Shown here piece by piece: positions 58,785 to 64,000 of a stretch of DNA of 64,000 nt (position 1 is the first letter of the stretch; the number at the start of each line of letters is the position of its first letter). A program made the translations under genes and the position numbers. The notes below the pieces were generated by a model. It saw only the letters and a list, made by a program, of their open reading frames with translations, made no database searches and was not told where the DNA came from. This stretch comes from Clostridia bacterium (lineage in GTDB: Bacteria; Bacillota; Clostridia; Oscillospirales; CAG-272), in contig JAFSSP010000002.1 in NCBI GenBank assembly GCA_017450945.1, positions 8,405-72,404 on the forward strand, read 5' to 3'.

Positions 58785-61280
58785 ATGGAAAAGCCTGCCT
58801 TCCCTGTCCCCGGGATCGCCGGCATTTGCCTTTTGGACAATCCCTTTTCCATTGACGGCGAATACGATTACAGGATCCCGGAGGAGCTTTTGGGCGACGT
58901 TTACCCCGGCCGTTTTGTGTCTGTCCCCTTTGGGGGCGCCAATCGCAAGCATCAGGCCCTGGTTTTGCGTCTCAAAGAAAGCTCCGAGTACAAAGACCTA
59001 AAACCCATTCTTTCGGTTTTCTCCCCCAACCTTTCTCTTGATCGGGAAATGCTGGGGCTTTGTGCGTTTATGAAGCAGAGGACTCTCTGCTCTGTCGGGG
59101 ACGCCGTTCACTCGATGATCCCAAGCGCCGCGCTCTCTCGGCTTGTTTCCTATTATTCGATCCGAGAGGAACAGGTGCTCTCAAGCCCGGAAGAGCTTTC
59201 GGCCGGCGACTACGAGCTTTACGATTTTATCAGATCAAAAGGGAAAGCCACCGACAGCGGCCTTTTTGAAAAATTCGGCGCGGGCGTGGAATTGCGCGAG
59301 CGCCGACTGGTTGCAAAAGGCTATCTTGTACGCGAAGAAGTTTTCAAAGACTCTGGCGAAGGGCTTTTACAAAAAACCTATTGTCTTGCCGTCTCCCCCG
59401 ACGAGGCCGGAGAACTTCCCGAATCGGTCGGAAAATTGACCTCCAAACAGCAAAAAGCGATCGTTTCGGCCTTACAGACTTCGGAATCCCCGCTCCCCAT
59501 GGAGGAGATTTGCCGCCAAGCAGGTACGAGCGAAGCGCCTGTTCGCACGCTTGTCAAGCGCGGAATCCTCATGGAGCTTGCCACGCCTGTGGATCGCAAC
59601 CCCTATGCGTCTCTTCCCTATCTCGGAAGGCTTCCGCTCACCCTCAACGACGAGCAGACAAACGCTTATAGGACGCTCCGCGAGCTTGCCTTTTCGGGCG
59701 AGCCCAAGGCTGCGCTCCTCTACGGCGTGACCGGAAGCGGCAAGACCGCCGTCATGGAAAAGCTCATCGACGATCTTCTTGACGCGGGCAAAGGCGTTAT
59801 TCTCCTGCTCCCCGAAATTTCTCTGACCCCGCAGACGCTCTCGGTCTTTTGCGCGCGCTACGGCGACAAGGTGGCCGTGATCCACTCTGCCCTCTCGGCA
59901 GGCGAGCGCTACGACGCCTACCGGAAGATCCGCGAAGGTCGGGCAAAGCTGGTCGTGGGAACCCGCTCGGCCGTCTTCTCCCCGGTAGAGAATCTCGGCG
60001 CGATCCTCATTGACGAGGAACAGGAGCATACCTACAAATCCGATCAAAGTCCGCGCTACCATGCGCGGGACATCGCGCGCTACCGCTGTGCGCACAACAA
60101 GTGCCTCATGCTTCTCGCTTCGGCCACGCCGTCGATCGAGAGTTTTTATAAGGCCAAAGAGGGTGTTTATACTCTTTTAAGGCTCAAAAACCGCTACGGT
60201 GATGCCACTCTACCGAACGTAGAGATCGTCGATCTGCGCAGGGAAACAAAGAGCGGCGCCATCTCCCCGCTCTCGCGCCGTCTTCTCGACGAGCTCTCGC
60301 ACAGAAAAGCCGACGGCGAGCAATCCATCCTGTTTCTCAACCGCAGAGGCTATCATCATTTCGTCTCCTGCCGCTCCTGCGGCGAGGCGCTGACCTGCCC
60401 CAACTGCTCGGTCTCGCTGACCTATCACACAAGCCCCGGCAAATACGACGCGGGCTACCTTTCCTGCCATTTCTGCGGGCATAGAGAACCCCTGCCAAAA
60501 GTTTGTCCCAACTGCTCCTCGCCGCACCTCGCCCCGTTCGGGTTCGGGATCCAACGGGTGGAGGAGGAACTCAAAGCGGCCTTTCCGGATCTTCGCCTTT
60601 TGCGCATGGATTCGGATACCACCGCCACAAAATTCGCCTATGAAAAATTGCTCGGCGACTTCCGTGCGCACAAGGCCGATCTTCTTCTCGGCACGCAAAT
60701 GGTCACAAAGGGACACGATTTCCCGGATGTGACGCTGGTCGGCGTGCTCTCGGCCGACGCCTCGCTCTACCTCGACGACTTCCGCGCCACCGAGCGCACC
60801 TTTTCGATGCTCACGCAGGTCATCGGCCGTGCCGGTCGGCACGAAAAAGAAGGCCTTGCCGTCATTCAGTCTGCCAATCCCGATCACGAAGTCATCCGTT
60901 TGGCCGCACGCCAGGATTACGAAGGTTTTTACGAGCGCGAGATCCGTTTGCGTAGGCTTCTCACCTTCCCGCCCTTCTGCGACATTGCCCTTTTGACCCT
61001 GACCGGCAAAGAGGAAGGGCGACTGCAAAAGTGCGCGCTGCTTCTTTCCGAGGAGATCAAGGATCTGCAAAAGGAATTTACCGAGGTCGAGTTTGTCGCC
61101 TTCGGGCCGTTTGAGGCACCGGTTTACCGCGTGGAAAACAAATACCGGATGCGCATGGTGCTCAAATGCAGACTTGGCCGCACGACCTATGAGTTTTTCG
61201 CCAAACTTCTCTGCCGCTTTACCGAAAAAGCCGGGAGGCTTGCAAGCCTTTCGATCGATTTCAACCCATCCAGTTTGTAA
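58785..61280 (+). CDS. priA: Primosomal protein N' (replication restart helicase PriA)
   Basis: GVTGSGKT Walker A, IDEEQE (DExx) box, and CxxC..CxxC zinc-binding insert. Confidence 0.95.
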   Translation: MEKPAFPVPGIAGICLLDNPFSIDGEYDYRIPEELLGDVYPGRFVSVPFGGANRKHQALVLRLKESSEYKDLKPILSVFSPNLSLDREMLGLCAFMKQRTLCSVGDAVHSMIPSAALSRLVSYYSIREEQVLSSPEELSAGDYELYDFIRSKGKATDSGLFEKFGAGVELRERRLVAKGYLVREEVFKDSGEGLLQKTYCLAVSPDEAGELPESVGKLTSKQQKAIVSALQTSESPLPMEEICRQAGTSEAPVRTLVKRGILMELATPVDRNPYASLPYLGRLPLTLNDEQTNAYRTLRELAFSGEPKAALLYGVTGSGKTAVMEKLIDDLLDAGKGVILLLPEISLTPQTLSVFCARYGDKVAVIHSALSAGERYDAYRKIREGRAKLVVGTRSAVFSPVENLGAILIDEEQEHTYKSDQSPRYHARDIARYRCAHNKCLMLLASATPSIESFYKAKEGVYTLLRLKNRYGDATLPNVEIVDLRRETKSGAISPLSRRLLDELSHRKADGEQSILFLNRRGYHHFVSCRSCGEALTCPNCSVSLTYHTSPGKYDAGYLSCHFCGHREPLPKVCPNCSSPHLAPFGFGIQRVEEELKAAFPDLRLLRMDSDTTATKFAYEKLLGDFRAHKADLLLGTQMVTKGHDFPDVTLVGVLSADASLYLDDFRATERTFSMLTQVIGRAGRHEKEGLAVIQSANPDHEVIRLAARQDYEGFYEREIRLRRLLTFPPFCDIALLTLTGKEEGRLQKCALLLSEEIKDLQKEFTEVEFVAFGPFEAPVYRVENKYRMRMVLKCRLGRTTYEFFAKLLCRFTEKAGRLASLSIDFNPSSL

Positions 61281-61294
61281 GGAGATACCCTATC

Positions 61295-61750
61295 ATGGCA
61301 AAACTACACATTGTAAAACTCGGCGATGACGTTCTTCGCAAAACCGCGCGCCCGGTCGAGGCCATCACACCTCGCATCCTCACCCTGCTTGACGACATGC
61401 TGGAAACCATGCACGACGCAGGAGGCGTGGGCCTTGCCGCGCCGCAGGTCGGCGTGCTTCGCCGCATCTGCGTGATCGAGGTCGAGGAGGGTCACCCGAT
61501 CGAGCTCATCAACCCGAAGATCATCGCCTACTCGGGCGAGCAGGAGGCCGAGGAGGGCTGTCTTTCCATCCCGAACAAATGGGGCATTACCAAGCGCCCG
61601 ATGCACGTCACGGTGCGCGCCATGAACCGCGAGGGCGAGACTTTTGACATCACCGGCTCGGATCTTCTTGCCCGCGCCTTTTGCCACGAGATCGACCACC
61701 TCGACGGAAAGCTCTTCATCGACTGCATGGTCGAAGAGATCGAGGAATAA
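61295..61750 (+). CDS. def: Peptide deformylase
   Basis: GVGLAAPQVG, EGCLS and HEIDHL motifs. Confidence 0.96.
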   Translation: MAKLHIVKLGDDVLRKTARPVEAITPRILTLLDDMLETMHDAGGVGLAAPQVGVLRRICVIEVEEGHPIELINPKIIAYSGEQEAEEGCLSIPNKWGITKRPMHVTVRAMNREGETFDITGSDLLARAFCHEIDHLDGKLFIDCMVEEIEE

Positions 61751-61756
61751 TTCTTT

Positions 61757-62710
61757 ATGGAAAAACTCAGAATTCTGTTTTTGGGGACTCCAGACTTTGC
61801 CCTCTTTTCCCTCCGCGCCCTTTCTGAAGCGGGATATGAGATCGTCGGCGTGGTCACCCAACCGGATAAACCCAAAGGCCGCGGCTATGAGCTTCTGCCC
61901 CCGCCGGTCAAGGTCTTCGCACTCGAAAAAGGACTTTCGGTCTACCAGCCGAACACCTTGCGCGATGAGGCGTTTGCCGAGCTTCTCTCCGGGATCGATC
62001 CCAACCTCATTGTAGTGGTCGCCTACGGAAAGATTTTGCCCGAGAATGTTCTCGATTATCCGAAATTCGGCTGTATCAACGTCCACGGCTCGCTCCTTCC
62101 CGAGTATCGCGGCGCGGCTCCCATGCAGCGGGCGATCATCGACGGCAAAAAGATGACCGGCATTACCACCATGAAAATGGAGGCCGGGCTTGACACCGGC
62201 GAGATGTACGAAAAAGCGGCCCTTGCGATCGGTGAGAACGACAATTTTGAAGTCGTTCACGACGCTTTGGGAGAGCTTGGCGCAAAGTTGCTTCTCTCCA
62301 CCATCCAAAAGCTGGAAGCCGGTCAATTAAAAGGCACCCCGCAGGACGACTCCAAGGCCACTTACGCCAAAAAAATTGAAAAAGAAGATTGCAGGCTGGA
62401 TTTTTCCGGATCCGCAACCAAACTTCACAACCTCATTCGCGGGCTCTCCCCGATGCCGCTTGCCGTCACAACACTGCCCGACGGCAAACTGCTCAAGGTC
62501 GTCGAATCGCGGGTATCCGATTTGACGCTCTCCGGCGCGCCCGGAACGATCCTTTCGACCGACGGTGGGAAAATCACGGTCGCCTGCGGATGTGGAGCGA
62601 TCGATCTTCTGACCCTGATTCCGGAAGGAAAAAAGAAGATGTCGGCAAAAGATCTGATCAACGGCCGCCGTGTTTCTGTCGGCGACCGGCTCGGTGACAG
62701 CTGTGGCTGA
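61757..62710 (+). CDS. fmt: Methionyl-tRNA formyltransferase
   Basis: FLGTPDFA.., NVHGSLLPEYRGAAP motif. Confidence 0.95.
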   Translation: MEKLRILFLGTPDFALFSLRALSEAGYEIVGVVTQPDKPKGRGYELLPPPVKVFALEKGLSVYQPNTLRDEAFAELLSGIDPNLIVVVAYGKILPENVLDYPKFGCINVHGSLLPEYRGAAPMQRAIIDGKKMTGITTMKMEAGLDTGEMYEKAALAIGENDNFEVVHDALGELGAKLLLSTIQKLEAGQLKGTPQDDSKATYAKKIEKEDCRLDFSGSATKLHNLIRGLSPMPLAVTTLPDGKLLKVVESRVSDLTLSGAPGTILSTDGGKITVACGCGAIDLLTLIPEGKKKMSAKDLINGRRVSVGDRLGDSCG

Positions 62711-63968
62711 CGCGCGGGGCCTTGCCCTCTTAGTGCTGGAAAAGTGCGAGGCAGGACAATACGCCTCGCTTGCACTCGACACGGCGATCAAACGGAACAA
62801 TCTCTCGCCCGCCGACCGGGCGCTTCTCTCCACGCTGGTTTACGGCGTGCTGGAAACAAGGCTGACGCTCGACTATGCCATTGACCGGCTCTCGGAAAAC
62901 AAAAAAATCGAGCCTGTCGTGCGTAATCTGCTCAGGCTCGGGCTTTATCAGCTCGCCTATCTCGAAAAAATTCCGGATCACGCCGCGGTCAACGAAACGG
63001 TGGCCGCCTCTCCCGCACGCGCAAAAGGCTTTGTCAACGCGATCCTGCGCTCTTTTTTGCGCTCTGGGAAAGAGATGCCCCTGCCCGACAAAAATATCGA
63101 TCCTCTACCCTATCTTTCGGTTCGCTATTCGGTCTGCCTTGCGCTGGTGGAAGAATTTGTCCGTGCCTTTGGAACCGATCGCGCCGAAGCCATCCTTGCC
63201 GCCTTTTCGGAGCGGCCGGGACTGGATCTGCGGATCAATACCCTGAAAACTTCGACCGCCGACTATCAAAAGCTCCTCGCGGAGCACGGCATTGAGGCAA
63301 AACCGCTCGACTGCGACGGTCTGACACTTGCCGAAAGTCTGCCGGTTTCCAGGATCCCCGGATTTGACGAAGGGCTCTCCTTTGTGCAGGACGAGGCCTC
63401 GCAACTGGCGGTCAAAGCCCTTGGTGCACGCCCGGGAGAGATCATTCTTGACGCCTGCGCTTGCCCGGGTTCCAAATCGTTCGGGCTTGCCATTGATATG
63501 AAAAACGAGGGTACCCTGATTGCCTGCGACCTGCACGAAAGCAAGCTTTCGCTTGTCAAGACCGGGGCCGAGCGGCTCGGCATCTCAATTCTTTCGGTCG
63601 AGCAAAAGGATGCAAGGGCCGATCGCCCCGCATGGCACGGCTTTTTCGACCGCATTCTTTGCGACGTTCCCTGCTCGGGATTCGGCGTGCTTGCCAAAAA
63701 GCCGGAGCTTCGCTACAAGGATCCGGCCGAAAGTATCGCGCTCCCGGGTATCCAGCAGGAGATCCTCTCGCGCTCGGCGGAGTTCCTCAAGGTCGGAGGC
63801 TCTTTGCTCTACTCCACCTGCACCCTGCTTGAGCGTGAAAACGGCGACGTGGTAAGAGATTTTTTGGCGAAAAACAAGCAGTTTTCGCTCGTCGAGGAAA
63901 GAACGCTTTTCCCCGACCGCGATCACACCGACGGATTTTACTTTGCACTGCTGAAAAAAGAAGCATAA
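62670..63968 (+). CDS. rsmB: 16S rRNA (cytosine967-C5)-methyltransferase
   Basis: NusB-like N-domain, then DACACPGSKS (SAM) and DVPCSGFG / YSTCT catalytic Cys motifs. Start is uncertain, with GTG candidates at 62670, 62694 and 62703. Confidence 0.9.
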   Translation: MFLSATGSVTAVADARGLALLVLEKCEAGQYASLALDTAIKRNNLSPADRALLSTLVYGVLETRLTLDYAIDRLSENKKIEPVVRNLLRLGLYQLAYLEKIPDHAAVNETVAASPARAKGFVNAILRSFLRSGKEMPLPDKNIDPLPYLSVRYSVCLALVEEFVRAFGTDRAEAILAAFSERPGLDLRINTLKTSTADYQKLLAEHGIEAKPLDCDGLTLAESLPVSRIPGFDEGLSFVQDEASQLAVKALGARPGEIILDACACPGSKSFGLAIDMKNEGTLIACDLHESKLSLVKTGAERLGISILSVEQKDARADRPAWHGFFDRILCDVPCSGFGVLAKKPELRYKDPAESIALPGIQQEILSRSAEFLKVGGSLLYSTCTLLERENGDVVRDFLAKNKQFSLVEERTLFPDRDHTDGFYFALLKKEA

Positions 63969-64000
63969 AAACTCTCAAAACGAACATTCTATCAAGGAGG

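Noticed and set aside
1-64000. Autonomous mobile elements, prophage or classical defence systems
   Set aside because: No integrase, transposase, recombinase, restriction/modification, Cas, toxin-antitoxin nuclease or phage structural gene was recognisable in any frame. The repeats therefore appear non-autonomous.

Overview
64-kb chromosomal window, all calls made by eye from the sequence and ORF track with no searches run. It appears to come from a moderately GC-rich, endospore-forming Clostridia-type Firmicute; that taxon is an inference from SpoIVB, RemA, Mini-III and the yicC-remA-gmk-rpoZ-priA-def-fmt-rsmB gene order. I support about 62 protein genes, RNase P RNA (type A), three tRNAs (Ser-UGA, Met-CAU, Glu-UUC), a candidate cobalamin-riboswitch leader, ARG boxes, several near-consensus sigma-A promoters and terminators, and three families of dispersed structured repeats. 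Housekeeping blocks are argG-argH, GH20/nagB-nagA, cinA-cysS, spoIVB, a BMP-type nucleoside ABC transporter with xpt, and the gmk-to-rsmB block. The most unusual content is a dense concentration of lipid genes between 3.2 and 26.3 kb. It holds two FakA(DAK2)/DegV pairs, PlsX, three carrier proteins, four PlsC-type acyltransferases, two acyl-AMP ligases and four membrane-anchored alpha/beta hydrolases. Within it, eleven tightly packed minus-strand genes (14398-26278) sit behind one consensus promoter. That apparent operon combines Aas/LplT-like lysolipid re-acylation parts, a second Fak kinase pair, a MelB/GPH-family transporter, an LRAT/PLAAT-like protein fused to a PPTase-like domain, and two hydrolases. 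I regard it as the best candidate for an undescribed exogenous-lipid scavenging and remodelling system. Other items of note are the truncated tail of a RiPP-like cassette at the left edge, a low-GC two-gene islet (Avd-like four-helix bundle plus MazG-like) behind tRNA genes and a hairpin array, and MITE-like nested palindromic repeats that show compensatory stem changes between copies. No CRISPR array, integrase, transposase or recognisable defence gene was seen.
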